Positions 31,876 to 43,207 of a stretch of DNA of 64,000 nucleotides are shown here, in pieces (the stretch's first letter is position 1; each line of letters begins with the position of its first letter). The stretch spans positions 2,784,001 to 2,848,000 of the forward strand of contig CAVWGN010000001.1 in assembly GCA_963754655.1 (NCBI GenBank), written 5' to 3'. Source of the stretch: an uncultured Chlamydiae bacterium (GTDB lineage Bacteria; Chlamydiota; Chlamydiia; Chlamydiales; Parachlamydiaceae). The notes under the pieces were generated by a model that was not told where the DNA came from, made no database searches, and was given only the letters and a program-made list of their open reading frames with translations. The position numbers and the translations under genes are program-made.

Positions 31876-31893
31876 TATCGCTTTCTCCTATTC

Positions 31894-32295
31894 TTACCAA
31901 ACCAAACACAGAAGTTCACCACCAATTCCAAGCTGGCTTGCTTCATTGCCCGGCATGACTCCCTTGGAAGTCGAAACAATGGATAGCCCCATGTTGCCAT
32001 AGAAGCGAGGAATATCTTGGTGGCCAACATATTTGCGCAAACCAGGTTTAGAAATTCTTTTTAAGCCTTGAATCACAGGACGACGACCGCTTGTGTATTT
32101 CAAGAATAAACGGATTGTACCACGTTGACCATCATCAACTTTGACAAGATAGTTTTCGATAAATCCTTGACTCTTGAGAATTTCAGCAAGGGTTTGCTTC
32201 ATTTTGCTCCAATCCACATCTACATACCGATGCTGAGCTTTGATGGCGTTGCGAATCCTTGTGAGGAAATCGGCTACTGGGTCACTAACTGCCAT
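31894..32295 (-). CDS. rpsH: 30S ribosomal protein S8
   Basis: DP.AD.LTRIRNA, SKPGLR.Y, GGE.LC.VW. Confidence 0.97.
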   Translation of the reverse strand: MAVSDPVADFLTRIRNAIKAQHRYVDVDWSKMKQTLAEILKSQGFIENYLVKVDDGQRGTIRLFLKYTSGRRPVIQGLKRISKPGLRKYVGHQDIPRFYGNMGLSIVSTSKGVMPGNEASQLGIGGELLCLVW

Positions 32296-32312
32296 GATTT
32301 CTTCTCCTATCT

Positions 32313-32872
32313 TTAAGCTGCTACCGAAATCGGTAAGTTTTTAAATGGAACGCCTAATAATCTTAAAAGTTCTACGCATTCTTCATCTGTCTTAGCACTC
32401 GTTACAAATGTAATATGCATTCCTTGCGCTCTTTTAACTTCATCCAAGTTAATTTCAGGAAAAATTTGCTGGTCATCTAAGACCGAACGAATAATTTCCC
32501 ATTGCCATCACACTTAGAAGAAAAACCTCTAAAGTCGCGAATACGAGGACAAACGATATTGACGAAACGATCAATAAAATCGTACATTCTTTCACCGCGC
32601 AAAGTGACTTTGATTCCAATAGGTTGTTTTTCACGCAGTTTAAAGTTCGAAATAGCTTTTTTGGCTTTTGTCACAATGGGTTTTTGACCTGAAAGCATTG
32701 TCATTTCTTTGACGCAATCCTGAATAGAGTTCTTATCTTTGGATGCTTCGGCAATTCCCATGTTAATCACAACTTTCAATAAGCCAGGAACCTGCATAGG
32801 GTTCTGATAATTAAACTTCTCTTGTAATGCTGGCTTAACTTCAGCTTGATATCTCTTTTTTAACCTAGACAT
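32313..32872 (-). CDS. rplE: 50S ribosomal protein L5 (frameshift near 32495)
   Basis: [16 protein letters not shown]-terminus QQIFPEI...QGMHITFVT in the alternative frame. Confidence 0.95.
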
Positions 32873-32885
32873 TGGCTTCTTCTAC

Positions 32886-33240
32886 TCACTTAGGTTTTTT
32901 TACTGAACGGTAGACCATTTCTTGATCGCCTTGCTTGTAGACAAACTCGCGATCTCCTTGTTCATTCTGTACGCACTTTCAACTTGGCTGCTGTATCGCC
33001 TTCTACGCAAACTTTTACGTTAGAAATATGAATGGGTCTTTCAATTTCAACGATTCTGCCCTTAGGAGCTTCTTGGCTTTTTTTCACATGCTTTTTACGC
33101 ACGTTAAGTCCTTGAACAACAACTTTGTCTCCTTTACGTGATAAGACAGTACCCATAAGACCTTTATTGTTGCCAGCAATGGCAACCACCCGATCTCCCT
33201 TGCGAATCTTTTTGTTTGATTGATTTGGCTTATTTTCCAT
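32886..33240 (-). CDS. rplX: 50S ribosomal protein L24 (frameshift near 32965)
   Basis: KIRKGD.V..IAG.NKG, E.PIHISNV; C-terminus continues in another frame. Confidence 0.93.
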
Positions 33241-33262
33241 CTCTTCCTAGCCTCTTTATATG

Positions 33263-33631
33263 TTAAATCACTTCTGGAGCCAGTGAGCTAATTTTCAAAA
33301 ATTCCCTATCACGAACTTCACGTGCGACAGGTCCAAACACACGTGTTCCACGAGGGTTTTTCTTATCATCAATCAGAACACAGCTATTAGTATCAAAGCG
33401 AAGCTTAGTGCCATCTTTACGCTTGATGTAAGATTTTGTCCTAATAATGACAACCTTGACAACATCGCCTTTTTTGACGCTTCCTTCCGGCAAGGCATCT
33501 TGTACAGAAGCCACTACGATATCCCCAACATGGGCATAACGACGCTTCGATCCACCTAATACTTTAAAGCATTTTACCCGTTTAGCACCCGAATTGTCTG
33601 CAACTTCGAGTTCGGTCTCTTGTTGAATCAT
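33263..33631 (-). CDS. rplN: 50S ribosomal protein L14
   Basis: [25 protein letters not shown]. Confidence 0.97.
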   Translation of the reverse strand: MIQQETELEVADNSGAKRVKCFKVLGGSKRRYAHVGDIVVASVQDALPEGSVKKGDVVKVVIIRTKSYIKRKDGTKLRFDTNSCVLIDDKKNPRGTRVFGPVAREVRDREFLKISSLAPEVI

Positions 33632-33740
33632 GACTTACAAACTCCATCATCATTTTCTTTTTGGAGAGTCGGGAATAACATCTTCCGGCTTCTCCCTCTC
33701 TTTTATATTTTCTTCTGGCTCTCGGCTTGCTAACTTCTGC

Positions 33741-33989
33741 CTACACCACTACACGCCAACGCTTCAATTTCGATAAAGGGCGTGTCTCAACAATCTGTAC
33801 TTCATCACCAATTTGCAAAGGAGCAGATTCATTATGGGCGTAAAACTTCTTAGCACGCGTCACCACTTTGCCATATTTAGGATGGCGAAAAGTGCGTTCT
33901 ACTTTAACCACTACAGTCTTTTGCATCTTGTTAGAAACAACAATTCCTTTCTGAACTTTGCGAATTCCTCTTTCTTGTTCCATAGCCAC
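33741..33989 (-). CDS. rpsQ: 30S ribosomal protein S17
   Basis: [20 protein letters not shown]. Confidence 0.97.
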   Translation of the reverse strand: MAMEQERGIRKVQKGIVVSNKMQKTVVVKVERTFRHPKYGKVVTRAKKFYAHNESAPLQIGDEVQIVETRPLSKLKRWRVVV

Positions 33990-33992
33990 CTT

Positions 33993-34208
33993 TTAGCTTG
34001 ATTGAGTTTGGTTTTGGCTACGCTTTTCAGTCATGACCGTCAATAGACGCGCAATGTCTTTGCGAGCGTGCCTGATTTCATGTGGCTTTTCGCGCTTCTT
34101 CTGCGATTTAAACTGATTAATCAGTTCGAAAAGCTTTTTACAAGACTCATCGTAAATCGCTTCAAGTTCATCTAAACTTTGATCTCTTAAATCTTTCGCT
34201 TTATACAT
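33993..34208 (-). CDS. rpmC: 50S ribosomal protein L29
   Basis: AKDLR, RKDIARLLT; position in the operon. Confidence 0.93.
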   Translation of the reverse strand: MYKAKDLRDQSLDELEAIYDESCKKLFELINQFKSQKKREKPHEIRHARKDIARLLTVMTEKRSQNQTQSS

Positions 34209-34214
34209 ATTTCC

Positions 34215-34634
34215 TCAAACTTGTTCTACGCGTTCAACAAATCGGGTCTTCAGTCCCAGCTTAGCAGCAGCGCGGCGTAAAGCAGCTTGTGCCATATCTT
34301 TTGGTACGTTGGCCACTTCAAATAGGATGCGTCCTGGTCTCACAACGGCGACCCAGTGATCGACTCCTCCTTTACCTTTACCCATCCGAACCTCTGCAGG
34401 TTTCTTCGTAACAGGTTTGTCAGGGAAAACGCGAATCCACACTTTACCCCGGCGTTGAAAAAAGCGGTTAATCGCTACCCGGCATGCTTCGATTTGTTGG
34501 TTCGTGATCCAACCTCTTTCAAGAACTTGAATTCCAAACTCTCCAAAGTGAACAAAATTAGCACCTTTGCTGAGTCCAGAAAATTGTCCTTTCTGCATCT
34601 TACGATGCTTAGTGCGTTTTGGCATTAGAGCCAT
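34215..34634 (-). CDS. rplP: 50S ribosomal protein L16
   Basis: [23 protein letters not shown]. Confidence 0.97.
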   Translation of the reverse strand: MALMPKRTKHRKMQKGQFSGLSKGANFVHFGEFGIQVLERGWITNQQIEACRVAINRFFQRRGKVWIRVFPDKPVTKKPAEVRMGKGKGGVDHWVAVVRPGRILFEVANVPKDMAQAALRRAAAKLGLKTRFVERVEQV

Positions 34635-34636
34635 GG

Positions 34637-35281
34637 TTAGCCCTCCCTCTTCACTAAATTGTCTTCACCACGGTAGATCCACACTTTAACTCCAATGCTT
34701 CCATAGGTAGTTTCTGCACGGCCCATCGCATAATCAATATCAGCGCGAAGTGTATGAAGAGGAGTGCTTCCTTCTTTATACCATTCGGTGCGCGCAATTT
34801 CAGCTCCGCCAATTCGTCCAGAAAGTTGAACTTTGATTCCATAAGCGCCTGCATCCATGGAAGATTGCATCGCTTTCTTCATCGCACGGCGAAAAGGAAT
34901 ACGTCTTTCGAGCTGCTTGGCAATACTATCTGCTACAATTTTAGCATCCATATCAGGACGCTTGACTTCTTCAACAGCGATCCAAACTTCTTTGCCAGTC
35001 AGCTTACTAAGTTCGGATTTCAAAATATCAATCTCAGCACCTTTCTTACCAATGACAAGGCCTGGGCGAGCTGTCACAATCGTGACTTCCACTTTTCCGC
35101 TCATTCGCTTAATCTTAATCGTTGATACGCCGACTAAAGCAGGTTTTTTCATCAAGTAAGAACGAATGATTCGATCTTCATTCACCAATTCGCCAAATTC
35201 TTTTTTGTTCGCATACCATTTGGAGCGCCAATCACGTGTACGAATCAGGCGGAAACTGATTGGATTAACTTTTTGTCCCAT
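34637..35281 (-). CDS. rpsC: 30S ribosomal protein S3
   Basis: [27 protein letters not shown]. Confidence 0.97.
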   Translation of the reverse strand: MGQKVNPISFRLIRTRDWRSKWYANKKEFGELVNEDRIIRSYLMKKPALVGVSTIKIKRMSGKVEVTIVTARPGLVIGKKGAEIDILKSELSKLTGKEVWIAVEEVKRPDMDAKIVADSIAKQLERRIPFRRAMKKAMQSSMDAGAYGIKVQLSGRIGGAEIARTEWYKEGSTPLHTLRADIDYAMGRAETTYGSIGVKVWIYRGEDNLVKREG

Positions 35282-35291
35282 TCATTACTCC

Positions 35292-35627
35292 TTATTGATT
35301 GCTTACAATCACAGTAAAGTGGCTTGTTCTCTTCATAATCGGATGGCGACCACCACGGTTTTTGGGTTTTGCCCTTTTAAGCGTTGGACCCGCATCGACA
35401 CGCACTTCGACCACTTTCAGATTCTCACGTCGCATGTCTAGCTGTGTTTCCGCATTGGCAACAGCACTATCTAATGTTTTTTTCAGTAAGCGTCCTGCTC
35501 TGAGGTTGCTAAACATCAATTGCATGGAGGCTTCAGGAACCGATAGTCCACGGATCAGTCCAGCAGCCAAACGGGCCTTGCGAGGACTAATACGAACATA
35601 TTTGCTTATGGCTATAGCATTATTCAT
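35292..35627 (-). CDS. rplV: 50S ribosomal protein L22
   Basis: [20 protein letters not shown]. Confidence 0.96.
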   Translation of the reverse strand: MNNAIAISKYVRISPRKARLAAGLIRGLSVPEASMQLMFSNLRAGRLLKKTLDSAVANAETQLDMRRENLKVVEVRVDAGPTLKRAKPKNRGGRHPIMKRTSHFTVIVSNQ

Positions 35628-35641
35628 CTTATTAGCAACCT

Positions 35642-35906
35642 TTATTTCTTAATAGGATGTCCTTTAAATGTACGTGTGGGAGAAAACTCGCCCAAACGAT
35701 GACCGACCATGTTATCGGTGACAAATACCGTAAGATGTTTACGACCATTGTGCACTTCAAATGTATGTCCCACCATATCAGGCGTAATCATCGAACGTCT
35801 AGACCACGTCTTAATGGGTTTTTTACGTTCCCTCATTATTTTGAGTGGAGACCTTTTTTTGTAGATGGTGATCAACAAAAGGACCTTTTTTCAACGATCT
35901 TCCCAT
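35642..35906 (-). CDS. rpsS: 30S ribosomal protein S19 (frameshifts near the 5' end)
   Basis: [10 protein letters not shown] start; [22 protein letters not shown]. Confidence 0.94.
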
Positions 35907-35908
35907 AT

Positions 35909-36754
35909 CTACTTCTTCCTTCGACTTTTAACGATAAGCTTATTAGATTTCTTATTCGATCTTGTGACGAGTCCTTTTGTATATAGACCCCAAGGTGTTT
36001 GTGGCGTATTACCTTTATGCTTACCCTCACCACCGCCGTGTGGATGGTCAACAGGGTTCATCGCTGTACCACGAACAGTAGGACGGATCCCTTTCCAACG
36101 CATACGACCTGCTTTGCCTTCACTGCGCAGATTGCGCTCTGGATTAGAAACCGCACCAAATGTCGCTCGGCAATTTTCATTAATCATCCGCACTTCGCCA
36201 GAAGGCATACGGATGGTTGCATAACCGCCACTACGTGCCATTAATTGAGCTGAAAGACCAGCTGAACGAACAAGTTTGCCTCCGCGGCCAGGATAAAGCT
36301 CGATATTGTTAATCACAGAACCCAAAGGCATAAACTTGAGCTTCATGCAGCATCCCACATGAAAAGGAGGCTGATCACTTGTTTGAACGGTATCGCCTAC
36401 TTTTAAGCCTTGAGGAGCAATAATATAGCGCTTTTCCCCATCAGCATAATTCAGCAAGGCAATATAAGCAGTGCGGTTAGGATCATATTCAATGGAAGCC
36501 ACACGAGCTGGAATATTTTCTTTATCGCGCTTAAAATCGATAATGCGATAATGCTGTTTGTGTCCTCCCCCCTTATGGCGGCAGGTAATATGGCCATTGT
36601 TATTGCGCCCATTTGTTCTTCTCTTAGGCAATAAGAGTGACTTGGTAGGCTTAACCTTGGCTTTTCTATCATCACTGATACGTGTCAGGCGCTCATGAGT
36701 AAGCAGGACTAGCTGACGCGTTCCCGGTGTAATGGGTCGATATTTTTTAAACAT
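35909..36754 (-). CDS. rplB: 50S ribosomal protein L2
   Basis: [34 protein letters not shown]. Confidence 0.97.
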   Translation of the reverse strand: MFKKYRPITPGTRQLVLLTHERLTRISDDRKAKVKPTKSLLLPKRRTNGRNNNGHITCRHKGGGHKQHYRIIDFKRDKENIPARVASIEYDPNRTAYIALLNYADGEKRYIIAPQGLKVGDTVQTSDQPPFHVGCCMKLKFMPLGSVINNIELYPGRGGKLVRSAGLSAQLMARSGGYATIRMPSGEVRMINENCRATFGAVSNPERNLRSEGKAGRMRWKGIRPTVRGTAMNPVDHPHGGGEGKHKGNTPQTPWGLYTKGLVTRSNKKSNKLIVKSRRKK

Positions 36755-36771
36755 CTGCTCTCAAAGCTCCT

Positions 36772-37107
36772 TTATACATTATCCAGATTATCGCCGGGTC
36801 GCAAGGTAACAATGGCTTTCTTAAAAGCACTTTTGAAACCTGGTCTGCCACGCACGCGTCTGGCCTTTGCTTTGACATTGATAGTGTTAACCGCTACAAC
36901 TTTAATTCCTTCATTTTTATAAATCTCTTCAATTGCTTGGGCAATCTGATGCTTATTTGCATTGCGATCGACGATAAACACATATTTTGGAGATTTACAA
37001 CGTTTAAGCGAAGGGTTACTTTCAGCCGTTTTTAATCTTTGCAACATCATCGACTTTTCAGTCACATATTGATGCTTTATCACTTGATAGACGTTCTTTT
37101 CTGCCAT
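36772..37107 (-). CDS. rplW: 50S ribosomal protein L23
   Basis: VTEKS, V..VNT.NV, KKAIVTL. Confidence 0.95.
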   Translation of the reverse strand: MAEKNVYQVIKHQYVTEKSMMLQRLKTAESNPSLKRCKSPKYVFIVDRNANKHQIAQAIEEIYKNEGIKVVAVNTINVKAKARRVRGRPGFKSAFKKAIVTLRPGDNLDNV

Positions 37108-37124
37108 GACTTGTGACTCCTTTA

Positions 37125-37808
37125 TCAGGTTAACCATTGGTTCAATTCATGCAGAGCAGACTCTGTCAGAATAATATCGCGCGCAACCATGACATCATAA
37201 CCGCTAATGTTCGATGCAAGCATAAAGCTCGTTTTTGGCAGATTTCGCATACTTTTCACAAAGTGATCATGCTTAGCATGGCTAACGCTAACACGTTGCT
37301 TTTTCCCTTCTGTTTCCACTTCAGCAAATGTGCTTTCTCCCAAAAACAATACACGGCCACTAACATCTAATCCTTTCAGGAAATCGGCAATTGTTTTTGT
37401 CTTAGGAGCGCCCATTTCAGTATTTTCAATTAACCACACGCGACTTCCTCTTAGCTTTTCAGCAATTAAGAAGCGGATGGCTGCTTTACGCTCTTTTTGA
37501 TTAACCTTGACATGTTGATCAAACTTGGGTTTTGGTCCAAATACTCGACCACCGCCTCGATATTGAGGAGCAACAAGAGAGCCTTGACGAGCACGTCCTT
37601 GCCCTTTTTGAGGGTGAGGCTTCTTAGTTGTATGTCTAACCTCAGCACGGGTTTTTGTATTCGCAGACCATTGCCTTGCATTGGCTCGCAGTGCGACAAT
37701 GTAATCTTTTATCATTTGGCTGTTGGCTTCAGCATTGATCAGTTTTTCGTCAACGTCAACTTGACCAATTTCTTTACCAGCAAGATTGTACTTTTTAAGT
37801 ATAGCCAC
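37125..37808 (-). CDS. rplD: 50S ribosomal protein L4
   Basis: TKTRAEV, QKG.GRAR.GS, GGG..FGPKP. Confidence 0.96.
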   Translation of the reverse strand: MAILKKYNLAGKEIGQVDVDEKLINAEANSQMIKDYIVALRANARQWSANTKTRAEVRHTTKKPHPQKGQGRARQGSLVAPQYRGGGRVFGPKPKFDQHVKVNQKERKAAIRFLIAEKLRGSRVWLIENTEMGAPKTKTIADFLKGLDVSGRVLFLGESTFAEVETEGKKQRVSVSHAKHDHFVKSMRNLPKTSFMLASNISGYDVMVARDIILTESALHELNQWLT

Positions 37809-37830
37809 AATTCAACTCCACAAGATCTTA

Positions 37831-38508
37831 TTACTTATGACTCTGATTCTTCTTTGGCATTTTCTTTTTGGCTTGCGTCAAATAAACCAAGCCATTGCGC
37901 GGGCCAGGAACTTGTCCTTTCACCACGATCAAATTATTCTCTAGATCAACTTTAATCACCTGAAGATTCTGAACAGTGATTCTTTCATTTCCCATTTGTC
38001 CAGCTTTTTTTCCACCTGGTAAACCACGTCCGGGTGTTGAACGCATCCCTGTTGAACCTGCATGGCGATGAAAACCAGACCCGTGAGAAGCAGGTCCACC
38101 AGCAAAATGGTGACGCTTCATGACCCCTTGATAACCTTTTCCTTTAGAAATGGCTGTTGCATCTACAAATTCCACTTCACCGAAAATATTTACGTCAATT
38201 TCTTGGCCTAATGAATATTCCTCTTTGGAATCTGTTCTCGATTCTAATAAATGACGACGAGGTCCAACCCCGGCCTTTTTAAAATGACCCAGCTGGGGTT
38301 TTCCTGTTCTCGCTTCAATTGTATACTGCGTTTTACCTGACACCTTTTCAAAACCCAATTGAACAGCGGTATAACCATCTGTTTCTTTTGTTTTAACCTG
38401 GGTGACAACATTTGGCTCAGCTTGGATCACAGTGCACACGATGACATTGCCTTTTTCATCAAAAAGCTGCATCATGCCACGTTTTTTCCCCATCATTGTA
38501 AGCGCCAT
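37831..38508 (-). CDS. rplC: 50S ribosomal protein L3
   Basis: GKKRGM.Q.F, SKGKG.QGV.KRH, SHGS..HR. Confidence 0.97.
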   Translation of the reverse strand: MALTMMGKKRGMMQLFDEKGNVIVCTVIQAEPNVVTQVKTKETDGYTAVQLGFEKVSGKTQYTIEARTGKPQLGHFKKAGVGPRRHLLESRTDSKEEYSLGQEIDVNIFGEVEFVDATAISKGKGYQGVMKRHHFAGGPASHGSGFHRHAGSTGMRSTPGRGLPGGKKAGQMGNERITVQNLQVIKVDLENNLIVVKGQVPGPRNGLVYLTQAKKKMPKKNQSHK

Positions 38509-38929
38509 ATAATCAATCCTTAATCAAATTAATGATCCGCTATTTTTCAACAAACTTAGAGCTTGCTTTAATCTATTAACAATAACATCAAGATTGCGGC
38601 TTTATCGCATGTGGCAAGTTACGCACGAAGCACGTTCTTACCAGAGCAAACAAAGCAATTTTGAATGAATTAGCAATCTACTAGAAAGCTAAAACGAGAA
38701 GATTAACAAAAGCACCTATTTTTTTACAAGCGAAAAGCTTAAATATTTGTGATTTAATGAATTTTCAAGGAAAAAAGGGGAAATTTGGAAAGGATATCTC
38801 TCTCTTAAATCTTTAAATCTCAAACAAATAAAATAAAAATTTTTTATTTTTTGTCACTGATGACTTCTTTATTCTACCAAAATAACACAAAACGATAAAA
38901 TATTTTTTAAACAAAGAGATTTCTGAGGA

Positions 38930-39250
38930 GTGTGATTAAATCTGGGAGTTTATATTTTTTAGCAGATCGATACGAAATAGTAGGGCGGCGGTAGCCGCTT
39001 TTCAGGGGGAAGCTCCGTATGAAGCGAGCTTGCGAGCGGAATGCGGGTGTAGGCAAGATAGTATTGAGCTGCGGAAGCAGCGTAAGATCACTTACACCAC
39101 TTCCGCGGTTGATATTTTATTGATGTCCACCCCGCGCATTCCGCTCGCAAGCTCGCTTCATACGGGGCTTCCCCCTGAAAAGCGGCTACCGCCGCCCTAC
39201 TATTTCGTATCGATCTGCTAAAAAATATAAACTCCCAGATTTAATCACAC
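38930..39250. repeat. ~320-bp palindromic REPIN/MITE-like element with ~118-bp near-perfect arms
   Basis: GTGTGATTAAATCTGGGAG...GGAATGCG and its reverse complement; internal hairpins GCGGCGGTAGCCGC and GCTGCGGAAGCAGC. Confidence 0.92.
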
Positions 39251-39338
39251 CCATTTCTGCGAAATCAATTTAAAAACACCTTAGCATCCACAGGATACCT
39301 TAATATCAAGCACGATGTCCCCGGAGGGGACAGCTATT

Positions 39339-39878
39339 CTATTTATGTGATGCACTTTTCTCTTTTTTTCTTCCTTTAATTGGAATTTCGATACAATCCC
39401 CTTCTTGCAAGAAACATTTTCTTTTACGTATTGCATTGAGATCAGCCTCTGGCAAGATTTGCAGCTGATTGACCAGTTCACAGCAACGAGTTCCACTGAG
39501 AATCACCAAAGGTCCCGGCTGACGGGCCGCCCCTGCAAGTTGTATTGTAATTAAGCGTCGTTCAGGAATATGTAAAAGTTGGCCATTGCGCAGTTTTCGA
39601 CGCCAATTTAATTGGCTAAGATCAGCAGAAGATAGAGGTTGAGCTTGCTCAAGAAGATCCTTCAATTTTGCATTGAGTGGCAAACGATAAAGACCAGGCT
39701 TTGCAACTTGGCCTTCAATTCTCACTTCGAGAACAGTAGCGATGGACTCAGGAGGCAAAGAGGAGGTTTTAAAAGCAGGTTTGGGTCGATGTAAAGCAAA
39801 TCCCGCCAAAGCCAATAAGACGAGACAAAATAAAAGAATAATACACCATTCGTGAATAGGAAGCTTAGCAGTCATCAT
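39339..39878 (-). CDS. Membrane-anchored SLBB-domain protein (ComEA N-terminal-like)
   Basis: TM helix, then two V.I.G.V..PG.Y.L....L.DL repeats; no HhH domain seen. Confidence 0.7.
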   Translation of the reverse strand: MMTAKLPIHEWCIILLFCLVLLALAGFALHRPKPAFKTSSLPPESIATVLEVRIEGQVAKPGLYRLPLNAKLKDLLEQAQPLSSADLSQLNWRRKLRNGQLLHIPERRLITIQLAGAARQPGPLVILSGTRCCELVNQLQILPEADLNAIRKRKCFLQEGDCIEIPIKGRKKEKSASHK

Positions 39879-40878
39879 TAAAAAAAGTAGGCTTAGAGGC
39901 AAGAAAAAATGCAAATAATCCGACGGATTTGGCAATCAAAGCTAAGCTATTAATCAGTCTAAGATTCTTGCTTTGAATATTGACAAGTGCGTAAATACAT
40001 TCTGCTATGGAAACAGCCATGAGCCATTTGGCATCTTTCGTCTCTTCCGACGTCAAATTTCCTTCCCACAATGACGTCGCAGCTTCTAAGAATACGATTA
40101 TGTAGCCTGCACCTATGGCTCCCCAAATCCAATCATCTAAATTATGCTTGGGTACCCAGGCTAAAAGCGGAAAGCGTCCAACAGCATGGGCGTATGGCAT
40201 TAAATCCATCAACAACCAACTCCTCAAAAAAGAGGGCATACAGGCAATGTCTACAACAACAAATATGGCAGAGGACATCGCTTCGAGCCAAGAAATTTTT
40301 TTAAGAGGAATGGTGAGATCTTGCAGGTTAATATCGTGTGGATTAAAATCTTTTTTAGGCTCATCTTCCAAAGTTTCCTCAAACCAATTATGGAGAATGT
40401 TCTTCACCTCTTCTTCTGTTCTAAAATCCAGCTCATCCTCTACCATTGTCTCCAAAAAAGATTCTAGCTGCTCTCGAGCGAATTGGTGTACCTCGGAATC
40501 GCGATTTTGCCCCTGATCATCTGGAATACCCAAGTGCCAGTTATCACATAAGATCACTTCCAACTGATCCAAGATGGCATATTCATTCAAACGCTGAGCA
40601 GTATAGGGGTGAAGGAAATAGCGAGGAAGGCGACAGAAGCCATAAAAATCAAAAGAAGGTGCAATGTCTAATACAGCAATAAGATGGGGAAAAGAATGAG
40701 TTTGACGGCTAAAATTGATTTCTCGAAGGATCGCAAGGGCAACGATACATGTCTTTTGAAAAGCTCCGGGATCACGCCTTATTTTATCAAGCTGAATCAT
40801 TGTGACAGCTAAAGCTTGTTTGGCAAACTCATAACATGAAGAGAGACAACCACAAGCTTCAAAACACCCAAGTCTCAT
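39865..40878 (-). CDS. Hypothetical membrane protein, paralog 4 of the cluster
   Basis: Shares FQK.C.VA.AIL, DFY.F...P..F, VD.....L..W.L.D, AK..GL with 42008-43207. Confidence 0.75.
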   Translation of the reverse strand: MRLGCFEACGCLSSCYEFAKQALAVTMIQLDKIRRDPGAFQKTCIVALAILREINFSRQTHSFPHLIAVLDIAPSFDFYGFCRLPRYFLHPYTAQRLNEYAILDQLEVILCDNWHLGIPDDQGQNRDSEVHQFAREQLESFLETMVEDELDFRTEEEVKNILHNWFEETLEDEPKKDFNPHDINLQDLTIPLKKISWLEAMSSAIFVVVDIACMPSFLRSWLLMDLMPYAHAVGRFPLLAWVPKHNLDDWIWGAIGAGYIIVFLEAATSLWEGNLTSEETKDAKWLMAVSIAECIYALVNIQSKNLRLINSLALIAKSVGLFAFFLASKPTFFNDDC

Positions 40879-41103
40879 TATTTTTTCTTGTTTAATTTTG
40901 GAACGTTTGATGTTGCCAAAATCATTAAATAAATTCAATCAAGATATTCATAGTCGTAGTTAAAAGATAGGTCATTAAAAATTCCCTAAAAACAAATGAC
41001 AAAAACTCTCATGCCCCCGTAAACAGATAAGGTCCAACAAATGGCTTTGCTGGACCTTTTAGGGTGCTTGACCGCCTATTAAGATGAAACAAATTTGCAA
41101 AAA

Positions 41104-41961
41104 TTATCTATAACCTGGATGCTCAAAGCGCTCTTCTCGGGCTTTATCGCATTTCAAAATCAAACTAATTAAACTTGCATTTTGTGTGACAACATCAATA
41201 ACGGCAAGAGTCCAAAAATATTGTCTAGAAATTAAGAAATTGCTGCCACTAATGAGCGTCATTTTACCAATGCCACCTGTCAACTTGAGCAAGTTTTCAA
41301 TCGTCCAAAAATGATTGCTTACCAAGCAACTATAAGTCGTCCAGCCTGAGGCCAAGAAAACAAAAAAATCTTTGGGTTTATCACACCAACAATTTAGAAC
41401 CGGAATATCCTCAACAGTCCAATTTTGTCCATTAAGAGTAAATAATTTGATTGATCCAAATTGATTGGCCAATTGCGAACAAAGTGGAAACTCTAAGACT
41501 TTGTATTTTTGTAAAAATTTAGCTGTTTCAAAAGGATTTCCAATGCCATAAAGCAGCTTGACCCAATCTATGGGTGAATTATCCTTATCTGGATTAACTC
41601 TAGGGAGAGTAAATTTATAGCCCTTAAATTCTTGTGTGACTTTATCATAATCAGCTTTAATGAAATCACATGTTGAACCAAACACTAATGTGGCATAATA
41701 AAGATCTTTTTGCGCTTCTAAAGTCTTCAAGCAATGCTCAAACGTTCCTTTGATAGAAGGAATTAATTCTAACATTCTTAAATTGGCAATCATGGCTTTA
41801 GCAAATTTCTCAAAGCCATTCAAGCTATAGATATCATACATGACATTACTGCTTGCTTCGCCGACAGCAATCATGCCTTTTTTAGCTTTTATTCCCGCAT
41901 TAATAAATTCTATGCAATAGCTATCAAATGCATTGCCTATATTATTTATAACATCAACCAT
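41104..41961 (-). CDS. Hypothetical membrane protein, paralog 3 (most divergent)
   Basis: GFEKFAK, FLQKYKVLEF..LANQFGS, hydrophobic C-terminal helices. Confidence 0.7.
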   Translation of the reverse strand: MVDVINNIGNAFDSYCIEFINAGIKAKKGMIAVGEASSNVMYDIYSLNGFEKFAKAMIANLRMLELIPSIKGTFEHCLKTLEAQKDLYYATLVFGSTCDFIKADYDKVTQEFKGYKFTLPRVNPDKDNSPIDWVKLLYGIGNPFETAKFLQKYKVLEFPLCSQLANQFGSIKLFTLNGQNWTVEDIPVLNCWCDKPKDFFVFLASGWTTYSCLVSNHFWTIENLLKLTGGIGKMTLISGSNFLISRQYFWTLAVIDVVTQNASLISLILKCDKAREERFEHPGYR

Positions 41962-42007
41962 TTCAATCCTCGAATATATATGAATTAATAAGTGATCATC
42001 TTTTTAA

Positions 42008-43207
42008 TTATGCGGCTGGCGCAGCTTCTGGCTTTTGAAAAAATTCGGGCTCAGGCCGAGTGATAATATTTAAAAGTCCCAGAGACTTAGCACCAATCGC
42101 TAACCACTGTAAGTAGGCATGATTAAAGTGTGTCTTACCTATTTGATTTAAAAAGATTGCAGTAAAGAGAGTAAGCTCTGCAGTAGAAGTGACGACATCC
42201 CATCTTGCATTGCGTTTCTGCTGTACTGTTAGATTCTCATCATACAATTTGCGAGCCGCTTCAAAGAGTTTCCATGAAAAAGCTGTGCACACAAGTCCAA
42301 CGACCCATTTCTCTAAATGATGATTTTTTACCCATTGAAAAGCAGGATATTGCCCTATTTGTTCTGCCCACTTAGCGGTATCGATCAATTTCCATCCCTG
42401 AAGGTATAATCCTACACATCCAACATCAACAATCATCCAGTTGAGAGAGAGAATTCTTTCAGCCAAAGGAACATGACGTATCCATTGTGCAACGTGATAA
42501 TCTTGATTCTTTTTATTTAAATCGGAAAGATCAACCATTTTTAAATCATGATGGGTGATGCGATCGAAATCATACTCATTAAAATCTGCCTTTTTCATCT
42601 CAATTAAGCGTCTGTATACAACGTCTTTAAATTCATCGAGACTACGATAAGCATCATTATTCTCATCCATTTTTTTCAATTGAGCTTTTAAACAATCACG
42701 CAGAAGTTGGCGTAAACTCAGAAAATCTACATCATAAGCCCCGTCAAATTGTTCATTAATTTTTTCTCTTTCGTGGTCTATGTCGATTTCATCACGCCCA
42801 TTCTCTATTCCATCAATGTCGATAATAGGTTCTATTTCAACATCAGACAGAAAAACCAATTTTCGATAAATAAATCGGGCCATATCTTCTAAGACAAGAT
42901 TTTCATCAATGACTTGCGCATTGACAGGAAAAAACCATTGACGCGGCTGTTGCAAAAAGCGATAAAAATCATGCATACCTGCAGTCGCCAAAGCAAAGGA
43001 AAAACGGGATAAAACAGCCGCTCCTGGATTATTAATAATAATTAATTGAAGAATTGCAAAAGCAACCTGACAAACTTTTTGAAAAAATTCTGGGTTGTTG
43101 CGTAAGTCCTTTATTTTCAACATATTAGACATTGTTGCTTGTTGAGTCGTATGGCAATAATGCTTAAATGATTGAGCGACGCCTTGGAAGGCTCCTTGAA
43201 TATCCAT
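42008..43207 (-). CDS. Hypothetical membrane protein, paralog 2 (acidic insertion)
   Basis: NPEFFQKVCQVA, LQGWKLIDTAKWAEQIG, LAIGAKSLGL; AGGAG RBS. Confidence 0.75.
   Translation of the reverse strand: MDIQGAFQGVAQSFKHYCHTTQQATMSNMLKIKDLRNNPEFFQKVCQVAFAILQLIIINNPGAAVLSRFSFALATAGMHDFYRFLQQPRQWFFPVNAQVIDENLVLEDMARFIYRKLVFLSDVEIEPIIDIDGIENGRDEIDIDHEREKINEQFDGAYDVDFLSLRQLLRDCLKAQLKKMDENNDAYRSLDEFKDVVYRRLIEMKKADFNEYDFDRITHHDLKMVDLSDLNKKNQDYHVAQWIRHVPLAERILSLNWMIVDVGCVGLYLQGWKLIDTAKWAEQIGQYPAFQWVKNHHLEKWVVGLVCTAFSWKLFEAARKLYDENLTVQQKRNARWDVVTSTAELTLFTAIFLNQIGKTHFNHAYLQWLAIGAKSLGLLNIITRPEPEFFQKPEAAPAA

Noticed and set aside
34356..37955. Plus-strand ORFs antisense to ribosomal protein genes
   Set aside because: Shadow ORFs of highly conserved genes
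25802..38508. Loss of rpsJ, rpsN, rpmD, adk, infA, rpmJ and rpsD from the cluster as a novelty
   Set aside because: This arrangement is the normal chlamydial one
39030..39221. Short ORFs within repeat elements (also 19673-19949, 29838-30044, 58211-58555)
   Set aside because: They lie in palindromic repeats or overlap IS/gene ends and have no protein-like signal
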